Positions 36,916 through 50,559 of a stretch of DNA of 64,000 nt are shown here, in pieces; the stretch's first letter is position 1; each line of letters starts with the position of its first letter. The notes beneath the pieces are model-generated. The model saw nothing but the letters and a program-made list of their open reading frames with translations, made no database searches and was not told where the DNA came from. Location: assembly GCF_963921235.1 (NCBI RefSeq), contig NC_086097.1, forward strand, positions 70,310,001 to 70,374,000, read 5' to 3'. This stretch comes from Mobula hypostoma (taxonomy: Eukaryota). The position numbers were made by a program, and so were the translations under genes.

Positions 36916-39900
36916 CATGCATAAGTAACATTATGCCTGGCAAAGAAACATAATATTACTTATCAAAGTCTATTAATAGCACACTAATCTTGGTGATGTT
37001 CCAGATCAAATTTAATCCAAAGTCCAAAGACATCTTGATTATTTAATGCTTATCATGCAAGAAGCAACTAACATTCAAGTAATTCAATGCAAGTGAAACA
37101 CTGCAAATTATTACCAAATCAAATATTTAAGATCCAAGTTCCTTATTAAACATTTTCAATTCCACTTCCCTTTAAAATGTCTAGTCTAAAAATTTTAGTT
37201 TCAATTTTTATTTTTCCACACTTCGAAATGGCCCCACTACAAAATCTATTATTAAAGATGGACACCACCAAAGTTAGCTAACTTGCTAAATTTAATTCCT
37301 TATATTACTGATGAAATTGTGGTTCTTTAGCTAAACAGCTTTTTCAGCCTCTGGGAAATCAGCCAACATGATCTTCTCACTTCCTGCACTAGAACTGGTT
37401 ATGCCATGAACTCAATAACAAAATCAAAGAAACTAACAATAAGAACAGAACATTTATCGCTGAAGTGAAAAATAAATTATGCCACTACTTTGGTCTAATT
37501 ATTCATGCACTTGAACAATCCTTGTCTAACTATCAGGTGTTTTGTACTCTCCATGTAAACCACAGAAAATCATCTAGTACAGTAAGATAATACACAATTC
37601 TCTGCTCATCATCTTTAATCGGCATCCTCTCTACAGACATTAGAAACCTACAAATCATAAACATTAAATCACCATGTAATATTCTGTTAAAATAAAATCT
37701 GGGGTATTAAAGCTACATTTTTTTCTGCAGCTCATCTGGTAATACCACAATGCAGCAAGAAAATGAACATAATGGTGTAAAATATTATTGCAAAGACAAG
37801 GTGAAAATCAAAGCATGATTACAACATACAAGTAATAGGCAAGTTGAGGATTGTGTTGTTAACTACAGCTTCTGGGTCAAACTTTTTTAAAGAAACTGCA
37901 ATCAATGCTTTGGCAATTTCTTGATACTGCTTTGAAAAATTTTACCATCTATATGTGTTGACCTTCTTAAGTAAAACAGCTGCTTCTTTATAAAAAAGAT
38001 TGATGAAAGAATGTATAACAGAATCATTTTTTCTTAAAACCAATATTGACTGGTAAGCCTTTGTTCTTCATGAGGAACAAAGTGGAAAATTCCCACGATA
38101 CACAAGTCAAGAAAACAATGAAAAGTAATAGGAAAAAAAAATCTACCTCACTATGTCAAAAGTTTGTGCATAATTTTGAAGCACAAAGAACCTAAGCTGC
38201 GTGATATGTGCAACAAAATTAGCAAGGCTGGTGATTAGAGACAGTATCTGAAATTTTAAAACTGGAAGTCTGCAGCGGACAGCCTCCCACCACCAATTTC
38301 TAGTACTGAATTAAGTTCAGCATGCCTATAATTTAACCCACTTTCTCTTTTGTATTTATGAATGCTAGCAATTTTCACAATAAATAAAAATTCAAGAATT
38401 TCAGATTGCATAATGCATACATTCTCTGATATCAAATGGAACCATTTGAAAATATAATTTAGAAACAGCAGATTACACAGCAAGTTCAGGAACACAAATG
38501 TAAAAAAAAAACAAGAGAGCCCACATGTGAATGAAAAATTAGAAAAAAATGTAAATGATGGAAATCTAAAATAAAAGCAAAAAATGTCAGAAATAATCAC
38601 CAGGTTAAGCCATATCTGTGGGAAGGCAAACCAACATCTGACAAAAGATTTTTAACCCCAAACACTGTTTCTCTTCCCACAGATGCAGCCTAATCTATTG
38701 AGAATTTCTAGCATTTTCTGATTGATGTCAAATAGCACCACAACTTAAAGTGGAATATTAAAAAATACAACAGGTCCTGGATGTTTAAAAAAAAATCACC
38801 TTTATAAAATTTCAGGGTGGAGGAAAGGCCTTTCATACAAGAGTACAAGACAACTGTTGCAAGGGCCAACATTCCTTTACTATCATGAATGAAGATTGTA
38901 ATATTTAATACAATACAGGTTTGGCAACTGGTAGGAAGAAACCTGTGATGATAAATGATATCATTTTATGATAATCAAATTACCCAAGAATATAGCACTA
39001 GCAGTTCTGAACTTTTAGAAAACAGATCTACATACAAAATGTTGTTTCCAGAAAAGCTTGACCTTGCATGCAAATCAAATACTTTAAGTGGAAACTTCAG
39101 AAATCTCAGTGGCTGATATAAAACCATCTACACCAAAATGAAATAATGCTTATGGTTATTACTGGGGCACGGAGAGAATGTTGAGTCAAAGAACAAAATG
39201 TAACACAACCATGGCCAGTTTAACAAAGGTAAATTGACTTCCTACAAGATTTAGATACTTGTAAACAGTCAATAATTGGAACAGCATACATAGGAGGCAT
39301 AGGGGTGATGTTTTAGAGATTGATAAAATCATGAAGGGAACAGGTAAAGTGAATAAGCAGCTTTTACCCCACAGTAAGGAAGTTCAAAACTTGAGGGTAC
39401 GTTTAAACTGACAGGAAAATATTTAAAAGGGGCACAAGTGGAAACTTTTTCCACACAGTATGAGCATATATGGAATGTGCTGTAAGCGGAAGCAGTAGAG
39501 GCTGATACGATTACGACACTTTTGACAGGTACAGGAGTTGTAAAGGTTTGGAATAGGAGTGTAACACGGGCAAATGGGACTAGCTCCGGTAGGTAACTGG
39601 GTCAACCTTGATGAGTTAGGGTGAGTTTCCGTGCTGTAATTGTTTCCATAACTCCAAATGATGTGATGCCTTAAGGTCAAACAATGGTGGGATAGTGACT
39701 GATACTGAGAAAAATAGCACAAGGTGAAGAAAAATGTAAACCAGAATCACGATGACAAACTCACCGGAAAAGATACAGATTATTTATTCATGAAAAACAC
39801 GCAGAATGGACTGTCACCTATGATTTAGGAATAAATCCCCTTAGTATGGGTGCGCAGTTTTTAAACAACCTCTAGGAACACAATTAGACACGTCATTGGC

Positions 39901-39974
39901 TTTGAAACAGAAGGCAGGCTTCAGTTCTTCTTAAATCTTGAAAATAATTATACGAATCGCAATACAGGTTTGAC

Positions 39975-40625
39975 AACTGGTCCGACGTCATGTCATCACC
40001 GGGACTGGGGGGCGGGGGGACAGAAGTGTACTGGACGCCGTGTGTTACACCGAACTCTCAGGGCTACGGATTCCTACACTAACTGGGCACACCAGGTCTG
40101 CTGTTCCTCCTTCCATCCATCACACACTCTCTCTATTCTTGCGTCTCTCTTTCCCTCTGCTTCCTTTTCCCATCCATGCCCACCTCTCTCTCTCTCACCC
40201 CCCCCCCCTTGTCTCTCACGCACCGACCCACCCACATATCGGCGTCTGGGCCTCTCAGGCTCCGCTCTAATGCCCGTTTATCATTCCGATCCACATATGG
40301 CGATATGTAAGTATCCGCCCTCTACAGCTTAATCAGCATAGGCAACTCACCGTCGAACCGGCTTCATGGCCTGTGCCCACCGCTTCAACAACAACCCTTC
40401 CCTCGTCCCTTTTGTTACTCTTAATGGCGCTCAGATTCAAATTCCCGGCTTCCGGCACAATCCCGGAAGTGATCCCTAACGTTCTGACCCGTAGCCGGGT
40501 TAGTGATGTCATCCGTCAATCAGCCGCCCCTTCTGAGTGTCTTCCCTGGGCTTCTCCGCTCTGTGCAAACTCACTTAGTTCTGTTTCTTGAGCTTCCCTT
40601 AAATTTGGCGGCCCTCCGTTTACAC
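39975..40625 (-). promoter_or_regulatory. CpG-island promoter of G2E3 with CHR, ETS, CRE-like and E2F-like sites
   Basis: Locally CpG-rich and not repeat-derived. TTTGAA (CHR) on the minus strand at 40436-40441, CCGGAAG(T) at 40449-40455 (-) and 40463-40470 (+), TGATGTCA at 40504-40511, TTTGGCGG near 40604. Confidence 0.75.
40351..40367 (-). CDS. G2E3: G2E3 putative first coding exon (MKPVR-R)
   Basis: Minus strand reads GCC ATG AAG CCG GTT CGA CG|gtgagt, a good Kozak context and a strong donor, inside the CpG island. Its phase-2 end matches the phase of the 23778-23854 exon. Confidence 0.7.
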
Positions 40626-40829
40626 GTTTCCCTGAAACTTGCAGGGTTCGCTGAACGTTTTATTTATGTTGCATCTATATAAAAAAGTAAATTTAAACTT
40701 TTTGGGAGTATTAATTGAAATGACATCCTATAATCTGGAAAATCAACCAATCCAGCATCATCAAAGCCAATCCAACATAATGTTTGACATCATTCTTCTT
40801 CCTCTGTGCAAGATCAAATTCCAATATCA

Positions 40830-41170
40830 GAATCTGGTTTAATATCACTGACGTATGTTGGGAAATTTATTGAATTGCGGTACTTGTACAGCGCAATACG
40901 TAAGTATACTATAAGTTACAATAAGAAATATATATTTAAAAATAAATTAGTGCAAAAAGAGAGCAACAATAGTGAGGTGGTGTTCATGGGCCAATTCATT
41001 GTCCGTTCAGAAATCTGATGACAGAGGGGAAGTAGCTGTTGCTAAAACATTGAGTGTGTGTCTTCAGACTCCTGTACCTCCTCTCTGATGGTATAATACG
41101 AAGGGAGCCTGTCCTAGGTGATAGGAGTCTATAATGATGGGTGCTGCCTTTTCGAGGATTCACCTTCTGA
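40830..41170 (-). mobile_element. Rex1/Babar-type LINE 3' end fragment
   Basis: PSERRYRSLKTHTQCFSNSYFPSVIRFLN plus an A/T-rich tail ending tattaaaccagattctgat. Confidence 0.7.
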
Positions 41171-42666
41171 AGATATATTTGATGCAATCTCATTTTTAAT
41201 TTGTTCTGTCTAGTGTTCCCCAATCATTTTCATTCCCTCCCTTCAACTTAGAACTTCCTTTCATGTCATTTTAACACTAACACTTTAAACCAACTCGACT
41301 CCCTCCTCCAATCTCCTGCAAAACACTGGTCACAGCACCGCTGCTGCTTCTTTCTGCATTGTTCTCCAGTCTCCCTTCCGTCTCGTCACCCCGAACATGG
41401 AAGTAATTCAGTTTGTTGCATCAGCGGAGGAAGTGGAAACACCCCTTCTGTCAGAAATTGCTAACAACTGTATTCAGCAGCAGGATCATTATAGAGGTCA
41501 TAGAGCCATACAGCACAGAAGCAGACCACCAAGTCCATGCCAACCACCAAGCGCCCTCTGATCCTACAGTAATCTCATTTTGTTCTTCCCGCATTCCCAT
41601 CAACTCTTTACCATCTCTATGCTGACATTTTTTTTGATGGGTAGTGCCCCAAATCAGATACAATACCCTTGTGTCCTGAATGAGGACTTTGGACCCTAGA
41701 TCTTCAGTTATAAAATCAAAGATGCTGAAGGCCTTTTAAACATCCTTTTTCATATGTCTTATCAACTTTAGATACTTACATAGTCTGAAAGGTCTCTGTT
41801 TCTCCATCCTTTTCAAATTGAGCCATTTAATTGACTTCTCTCAACCTTCGAATCAAACCTAACTGCAATATAATTTTCTTGTGTTAAATTTTATCTAATT
41901 AGTTTGTGCATTTTATCAATTTTACCATCCTCACTAGTTTGAAAAGTAACTTCTCACTTCTCTGTGCTCAGCCAATTTTGTATTAATGTGCACATTTGAT
42001 AATTATGTAAAGATATATTATGCTTCTAGTAATACAGACTAATTATTACTTGTTGAAGCTACTCATGAACTTGAGCTCCAGCTGGCACCAGGAACCCCTG
42101 ACTGTCCAGACAAGGAAAACTCCAGTGAGTGGCAGTAAGAACACAAACAGTCTCTATGAATGCTTGCACTTTTGGAAGTGCTGAAGTGTAGCCAAATGCC
42201 CCTTCCAAGTGCGAATGAAAATATCCTATTTATCGAAAATATATTTTCCCCCTTCGAGCTTACCTTGAATTCTGCAGCTGAAGTAAGCAGCAAAGGGCTG
42301 GTGTTTCTCAGCAAAGATCCTGAGGAAAGGTTTTGGAGAGTGAGGAGACCCTGACATACCCTTTTGTTTGTGTGCCCCTTGATGTTTGTCTGTTTGAGAT
42401 TGGCTCAGTCCACTCTCATAACAAGTACAGAAAATTTTACCCACCGAAACATCTGCCTCTAAAGATGACTAATGCTCACATTGTGCAAAATGGATTGATA
42501 CCATGTGATTGCAATTTTCATCTGCACAACACATTTTTTTCTGAGGTTGTGTGAATTAATTTCTGGGCCTTTAATTGTCATTGCTGTTTGTTCAGGGCAT
42601 TTTATAACTTTTGTTTCTGACAGCCTTTCACTTTGTGACATATGACATACTGTAGCAGCAGAATTA

Positions 42667-44810
42667 CATAGAACATAGAATAGTACAGCAAAGTACAGGC
42701 CCTTCGGCCCACAATATTGTGCCTTCCCTTAAACCCTGCCTCCCATATAACCCCCCACCTTAAATTCCTCCATATACCTGTCTAGTAGTCTCTTAAATTT
42801 CACGAGTGTATCTGCCTCCACCACTGACTCAGGCAGTGCATTCCACGCACCAACCACTCTCTGAGTAAAAAACCTTCCTCTAATATCCCCCTTGAACTTC
42901 CCACCCCTTACCTTAAAGCCATGTCCTCTTGTATTGAGAAGTGGTGCCCTGGGGAAGAGGCTCTGGCTATCCATTCTATCTATTCCTCTTATTATCTTGT
43001 ACACCTCTATCACGTCTCCTCTCATCCTCCTTCTCTCCAAAGAGTAAAGCCCTAGCTCCCTTAATCTCTGATCATAATGCATACTTTCTAAACCAGGCAG
43101 CATCCTGGTAAATCTCCTCTGTACCCTTTCCAATGCTTCCACATCCTTCCTATAGTGAGGTGACCAGAACTGGACACAGTACTCCAAGTGTGGCCTAACC
43201 AGGGTTTAATAGAGCTGCATAATTACCTCACGACTCTTAAACTCTGTCCCCCAACTTATGAAAGCTAACACCCCATAAGCTTTCTTAACTACCCTATCTA
43301 CCTGTGAGGCAACTTTCCGGGATCTATGGACATGTATCCCCAGATCTCTCTTCTCCTCCACACCACCAAGTATCTTGCCATTTACTTTGTACTCTGCCTT
43401 GGAGTTTGTCCTTCCAAAGTGTACCACTTCACACTTCTCCGGGTTGAACTCCATCTGCCAATTCTCAGCCCACTTCTGCATTCTATCAATGTTTCTCTGC
43501 AATCTTCAACAATCCTCTACACTATCTACAACACCACCAACCTTTGTGTCGTCTGCAAACTTGCCAACCCACCCTTCTACCCCCACATCCAAGTCGTTAA
43601 TAAAAATCACGAAAAGTAGAGGTTCCAGAACCAATCCTTGTGGGACACCACTAGTCACAACCCTCCAATCTGAATGTACTCCCTCCGCCACGACCCTCTG
43701 CCTTCTGTAGGCAAGCCAATTCTGAATCCACCTGGCCAAACTTCCCTCGATCCCATGCCTTCTGACTTTCTGAATAAGCCTACCATGTGGAACCTTGTCA
43801 AATGCCTTACTAAAATCACATCCACTGCACTACCCTCATCTATATGCCTGGTCACCTCCTCAAAGAACTCTATCAGGCTTGTTAGGCACAATCACAAAGC
43901 TATGCTGACTGTCCCTGATCAGACCACGATTCTCTAAATGCCCATAGATCCTATCTCTAAGAATCTTTTCCAACAGCTTTCCCACCACAGACGTAAGGCT
44001 CACTGGTCTATAATTACCCGAACTATCCCTACTACCTTTTTTGAACAAGGGGACAACATTTTCCTCCCTCCATTCCTCTGGTACCATTCCAGTGGACAAC
44101 GAGGACATAAAGATCCTAGCCAGAGGCTCAGCAATCCCTTCTCTCACCTCGTGGAGCAGCCTGGGGAATATTCCGTGAGGCCCCGGGAACTTATCCGTCC
44201 TAATGTATTTTAACAACTCCAACACCTCCTTTCCCTTAATATCAACATGCTCCAGAACATCAACTTCACTCATATTGTCCTCACCGTCATCAAGTTCCCT
44301 CTCATTGGTGAATACCGAAGAAAAGTATTCATTGAGGACCTCGCTCACTTCCACAGCCTCCAGGCACATCTTCCCACCTTTATCTCTAATCGGTCCTACT
44401 TTCACTCCTGTCATCCTTTTGTTCTTCACATAATTGAAGAATGCCTTGAAGTTTTCCTTTACCCTACTCACCAAGGCCTTCTCATGCCCCCTTCTTGCTC
44501 TCCTCAGCCCCTTCTTAAACTCCTTTCTTGCTGCCCTATATTCCTCGATAGACCCATCTGATCCCTGCTTCCTAAACCTCATGTATGCTGCCTTCTTCCA
44601 CCTGACTAGATTTTCCACCTCACTAGTCACCCATGGTTCCTTCTCCCTACCATTCTTTATCTTCCTCACCGGGACAAATTTATCCCTAACATCCTGCAAG
44701 AGATCTCTAAGCATCGACCACATGTCCATAGTACATTTCCCTGCAAAAACATCATCCCAATTCACACCCGCAAGTTCTAGCCTTATAGCTTCATAATTTG
44801 CCCTCCCCCC
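42667..44810 (-). mobile_element. CR1 LINE (second subfamily), 5'-truncated
   Basis: ORFs 43860..44819, 43506..43739, 43206..43502 and 42729..43187 carry CR1 RT motifs. (TTCTATG)n tail at 42667. Confidence 0.93.
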
Positions 44811-45172
44811 AATTACCATCGAGTCTTCACTACCATTCCATCATGGCTTCGTTAGTATGCCTCTCAACACCATTCTTCTTCCTTCTCCCCAGAACCTTTG
44901 ATGCCTTGACTAATCAACAAGTTATCAGACTCCTCGTTAAATATATTCAATGTCTTCACCTCCACAGCCATCTATGGCAATGAATTCCACAGATTCACCA
45001 CCCTCTGGCTAAAGAAATTCCTCTTCATTTCTGTTGCTTCTAGACTCATGCACTACAGAAAACATCTTCTCCCCATCTACTCTGCTTAGGCCTTTTGATA
45101 TTTAATAGGTTTCATTGAGATTTCTGGGCCCTCCCCCATTTTTTGAAATTCCAGTGAGTACAGGCCCAGAGC

Positions 45173-47087
45173 TGTAATGTATGGACCTATTTCTTTTAGA
45201 TCAATGACACCCCCCTATTAGCACTACGTATTGATATGTTGTCTGCACATGCACATTTCTTCCCCTCTCCCCCCCTCTCCCCCCTCTCCCCCCATCTCCC
45301 CCCATCTCCCCCCCTCTTCCCCCCCTTCCCCCCTCTTCCCCCCCTCTCCCCCCCTTCCCCCTCTCTCCCTCCCCCCCTCTCTCTTTCTCTCCAACTATGC
45401 AGAGATTGACCTTCAGTCTAGTATGGGGAATAAAGACCTTCCACCACCATCAGCCCCCTATGTCCAAGGAAGGGAATTCCAGTGATGACTGCTACCCAGT
45501 TACAACATTAAGCATTATTCCTAGGAGCCGACTCTTATGACATCGAGTTCAAGGGTACCAAACAACAGAGCAACACAGGTGGCAACTGAAGAAGGAAAGT
45601 CTTCGTACTGTGACCCAGCCAAAGTGTTTCACACCACATTGGTGGATCAGTTGCTTGTAACAAATTACAATATACAAAGGGAAGCAAAGAATTACCTGGC
45701 AATGTCAAAAGTCTATGAAATCACCATGCAAGGATAACCAGCTCATGGTAATCCTATGTTTTCAGAGTTCTCAGCGAGATGAGACCAACTGTTGGTATGT
45801 CAAAGGACACTGATTTGTGGATCTCCTGTTGTGGTTCCATCTAAACTGCACACTGGAGTGTTAGAAAATCTGCTGAAGGACACTTGGGTACAGATAAGAT
45901 GAAGGGTCTCGCCTGGAGCTAAGTGTGGTGGCTGGGAATAGGTAAACCAATTGCAGACTTGGCCAAAAGCTGTTTGGGTTGAAACAAAGTTCAAAATGCA
46001 CTCCTACTGGCACTGTTATATCTGTACACCACTTCACCATGGCAAAGAGTACGTATTGACTTTGCTGGGCTATTCATGGACTCGATATTTTTGATTGCTG
46101 TGGATGCTCATTGGAAGTGGTTGGAGGTTATACCAATGAAGTCAACCATGTCATCAAAGTCTGTCTCCGCTCTGAGGACTATCTTCACCAGAAATGGCTT
46201 ACCAGAACAAAGTGTGAGTGACAACGGACCACAATACACGTCCCAAGAATTCCAACTGTTCATGAAGAAAAATGGCGTCAGGCATTTCAAGTCAGCTCCT
46301 CACTACCCAGCAACAGATGGGTTAGCTGAAAGGTTGATCCAGACCTTCAAGAACTCCATTAAAGTGATGGACAATGAGGACATTTACAGCACAAGGTGGA
46401 CAACTTCCTTTTTTGTGTATTGGAACTCTGTTCATGCAACAATAAATCAAACACCTGCAATGCTATTCATGAGCAGGAATCTGAGATCTCGCACAAACCT
46501 CCTGAAACCAGACCTCTGGAGGGAAGTGCAGAATAAACAGTTCAGCCTGTTAGTGAAGCAGCAAGGAGCTTTGAGATTGGACAGGAAGTCCTCGTGCTTG
46601 ATTATGGAGAAGACAAGCTGACACCTGGCAGGATAGCTACAAGAACGGGATGCCGATGTACACAGTGGATGTTGGAGATCAAACATGGAGACATCATGTG
46701 GACCAAATTCTGAATGCTCAACTGAAGAACATACCTGAGTTGACTGGATTCAACAAGACGGACACATTAGAGTTACCGGATTTACCTTTCAGTGATGATC
46801 AGGTCACTGACAGCAACATGACACCAGAAACTGGTTGCATTGTCTTAGACAAGACACCTATCAAACCTGATACCACTTCACAGGTCCAGAGATGCAACAA
46901 GAACATTATCGTTGACAAGACACTGGACAAACTTGATGCCACTCGATAGGGCCAGAGAAGTTACTGATCTGTTGTCTGTACATACACCTTTTTCTCCCCC
47001 CTCCCCCCTCCTCCCCTCTCTCCCTCCACACCAGTTATAGCCATCTCCCATGTGCATGCTTTTATTTAATCAATATGTAATGGTACA
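45173..47087 (+). mobile_element. Internally deleted Gypsy-type LTR retrotransposon remnant (RNase H end plus integrase)
   Basis: Starts TGTAAT and ends ...GTACA. SYDIEFKGTKQ, then integrase VDAH.KW.EV, F.RNGLPEQ.VSDNGPQYTS.EF, SAP.YPAT.GLAER.IQTFK. Similar C-rich LTR-like segments at 45237 and 46968. Confidence 0.8.
45258..45392. repeat. C/T-rich low-complexity tract
   Basis: (CCCCCCTCT)n-like array. Confidence 0.9.
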
Positions 47088-50000
47088 CTTTTCATATGTT
47101 AATCCTTTCATTCCTGGAATCATTCTTGTGAACCTCCTCTGAACTCTCTCCGGTGCCAGCACATCTTATTTTTAGAAGGGGCCCAAAACTGTTTACAATT
47201 CTCCAAGTGCAGTCTGACCAATGCTTTATAAAGCCTCAGCACTAACATGCTTGCTCTTATCTTCCAGTCCTCTCGAAATGAAAGCTAACATTGCATTTGC
47301 TTTCTTTACCGCTGAGTCAACCTGCAAGTTAACCCTTAGGGAATTTTGCACAATGACTCACAAGTCCCTTTGCACCTCCAATTTTTGAACTTTCCATTTA
47401 GAAAATAATCTATGCCTTTCTTGCTTCTAACAAGTGCATGGCCATGCACTTTGCGACACTATATTCCATCTGCCACTTCTTTACCCATTCTCCCAATCTG
47501 TCAAAGTCCGTCTACAGGCTCCCTGCTTCCTCAACACCACCTGCCCCTCCACCTATCTTCGTATTATCTGCAAACTTGGCCAAAAGCCCATCAATTCCGT
47601 CATTGAAATTATTGACGTATAAAGTGAAAAGAATCAGTCCCGATACTGACCCCTGTGGAACAACACTCGTCACCGGTAGCCAGCCAGAAAAAGCCCCCTT
47701 TATTCCCACTCTTTGCCTTCTATTAGTCACTAATCTTCTAACTACAGAAGGTTCATCTTTCCTGTAATACCATGGGCTCTTATCTTGTTAAGCAGCCTCA
47801 TGTGTGGTACCTTGTCAAAGGCCTTCTGAAAATCAAGTAAACAACATCCACTGACTTTCCTTTGTCTATCCTGCCTGTTATTTCCTTAAAGAACTCCAAC
47901 AGGTTTGTTAGGCAAGATTTACCCTTTAGGAAATCATCCTGACTTTGGCCTATTTTATCATGTGACTCCAAGTACCCCGAAACCTCATCCTTCATATTGG
48001 ACTCCATCATCTTTCCAACAACTGAAGTCAAGCTAACTGGCCTATAATTTCCTTTCTTCTGCCTCACTCCCTTTTTAAAGAGTGGAGTGACATTTGCTAT
48101 TTTCCAGTTCTTCAGAACTGTTCCAGAATCTAGTAATTCTTGAAAGATCATTACTAATCTCTTCATCTACTTCTTTCAGAACACTGGAGTGTACACCATC
48201 AGGTCCGGGTGACTGATCTATCTTCAGACCTTTCAGCTTCCCAAGTCCTGTTATACTCCTGAATTTCCATCATACTGCTAATATCTTCCATGATGAAGAC
48301 TGATGCTAAATACTTATTAAGTTTGTCTGCCATTTCTTTGTTTCCTTTTGCTCCCTCTCCAGCATCATTTTCCAGTGGTCTGATATCTACTCCTGCTTCT
48401 CTTTATAAATCTGAAAAAAAATTTAGGATCCTCTTTTATAGTATTGGCTAGCTCATCTTCATATTTAATATTTTCTCTCCCTATGTCTTTTTTAGTTACC
48501 TCTGTTGGTTTTTAAAAGCTTTCCAATCCTCTAACTTCCCTCTAATTTTTGCTATATTATATGCCCTCTCTTTATCTTTTACGTTGCCTCTGACTTCCCT
48601 TGTCATCTGTGGTTGCCTCATCCTCCCTTAAGAATAATTCTTATTCTTTAGGATGTATATATCCTGCTTCTTCTGTATTGCCCCCAGAAGCTCCAGCCAT
48701 TGATGTTATTCCGTCATCCTTGCTAGTGTCCCCTTCCAATCAACTTTGGACAGCTCCTCTCTCATGCCTCTGTAATACCCTTTTATCCACTGTAATACTG
48801 ATTCATCTGACTTTATCTTCTCCCTCTCAAACTGCGGAGTGAATTCTATCATATTATGATCACTGCCTCCTAAAGGTTCCTTTACCTTAAGCTTCATTAC
48901 AAGTATAGTTCTTCACACAATACCCAATCCAGATTTGCCTTTCCCCTAGTGGGCTCAACCACAAGCTGTTCTAAAAAGACATTAAGTAGGCATTCTACAA
49001 ATTCCACCTTTTGGGATTCAGCACCAACCTGATTTTCCCAATCTACCTGCATATCGAAATCCTCTATAACCATCCACGAACCTTTGTACATGCCTTTTCT
49101 ATCTCCTATTGTAATTTGTATCCCACATTCTGGCTACTGTTTGGAGGTCTGTATGTAACTCTCATCAGGGTCATTTTATCCTTGCAATTTCTTAACTCTA
49201 CCCACACGCACCCTACATTTTCTGACCGTATGTCACCTCTTTCTTATGCTTTGATTTTTTTTCCAACAGGGCCACCCACCCTCTTTGCCTGCCTGCCTAT
49301 CCTTTCAATACAATGTGTATCCTTGGATGTTCAGCTTCAACCATGACCACCTTCAGCCATGTTTCAGTGATGCCCATAATGACATCTCTCACTGCACTGT
49401 AAGATCATCTACCATATTCCATTTACTGCATGCATTCAAATGTACCACTTTCGGTCCTATATTCATTACAGTTTTTGATTTTGCTCACATGTTACATTTG
49501 AACTCATCCCACTGACTGCAGTTTTGCACTTATCATGTGTCTGTCCCTCCTCACAGTCTCACTACACACTGCCTCCGCTTGTATATAGTACCAACTGCTC
49601 CACCCTCAACCCTATCACTCTGGTTCCTATCCCCCTGTCAAATTAGTTTGAACCGTTCCCAGCAGCTCTGGCAAACCAGCCCGCAAGGAAATTGGTCCCC
49701 TTGGCTTCAGGAGTAACCTGTCCCTTTCGTACAGATCATACCTTCCCCAGAAGAGATCCCAATGATTCAGAAATCTGAAACCCTGTCACCTACACCACTT
49801 CCTCAGCCACACATTCTTCTGTACTATCATGGTGGTACTGGGAGTAATCCAGAGATCACTACCTTGGAGGACCTGCCCTTCAGCCTCTTCCCGAACTCCC
49901 TATGCTCATTGTGCAGGACCTCTTTTCCCTCTTTACCTATGTCAATGTGCACCATGACCTCTGGCTGATTACCCTCCCTCTTGAAAATATTTTGCAGCCA

Positions 50001-50559
50001 CTCCGAGATATCCTTAACCCTAGCCCCTGGGAGGCAACACACCATCCCAGTGTCTCTTTTGCAGACACAGGATCTCCACTAACTATCAAGTCTCCTATCA
50101 CTATTGCTCCACCTGACCTTATTCCTCCCTGCTGAGCCTTAGAGCCAGTGGCGTGGCTGCTGCTGCTGTGCTCCGATGCAGTATCCAAAAGGGCATACGT
50201 GTTTCTGAGGGGAATGGCCACAGGGGAGCCCCGCACTAACTGTTTACTCCTCTTACTTCTTCTGGTGGTCACCCATTTTCTACCTGAAGTCTCCCCTCTG
50301 GGTGTGACCACCTCAATAAAAGTCTCATCCCTGAGGTTTCATCCTCCTACATGGTCCTGAATACATCCAGCTCCAGTTATTTGACCTTGTCAGTCAGAAA
50401 CTGAAGTTAGATGCACTTCTTGCCGATGTAGTCTTCAGGGAGACCTTTAGGTATCCTGCAATCCTACAGACGAAGCATTCCACTGCTTTAACTACCATTC
50501 TGCCTACACTTGTTATACCTTTGGCTCTAATTTCTTAAGCTTAAGTTCTACAATCAACT

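Noticed and set aside
41340..42360. Possible exons of a divergent plus-strand gene
   Set aside because: Weak splice-like sites and short ORFs, with no recognisable protein and no consistent exon chain. A lncRNA cannot be excluded.
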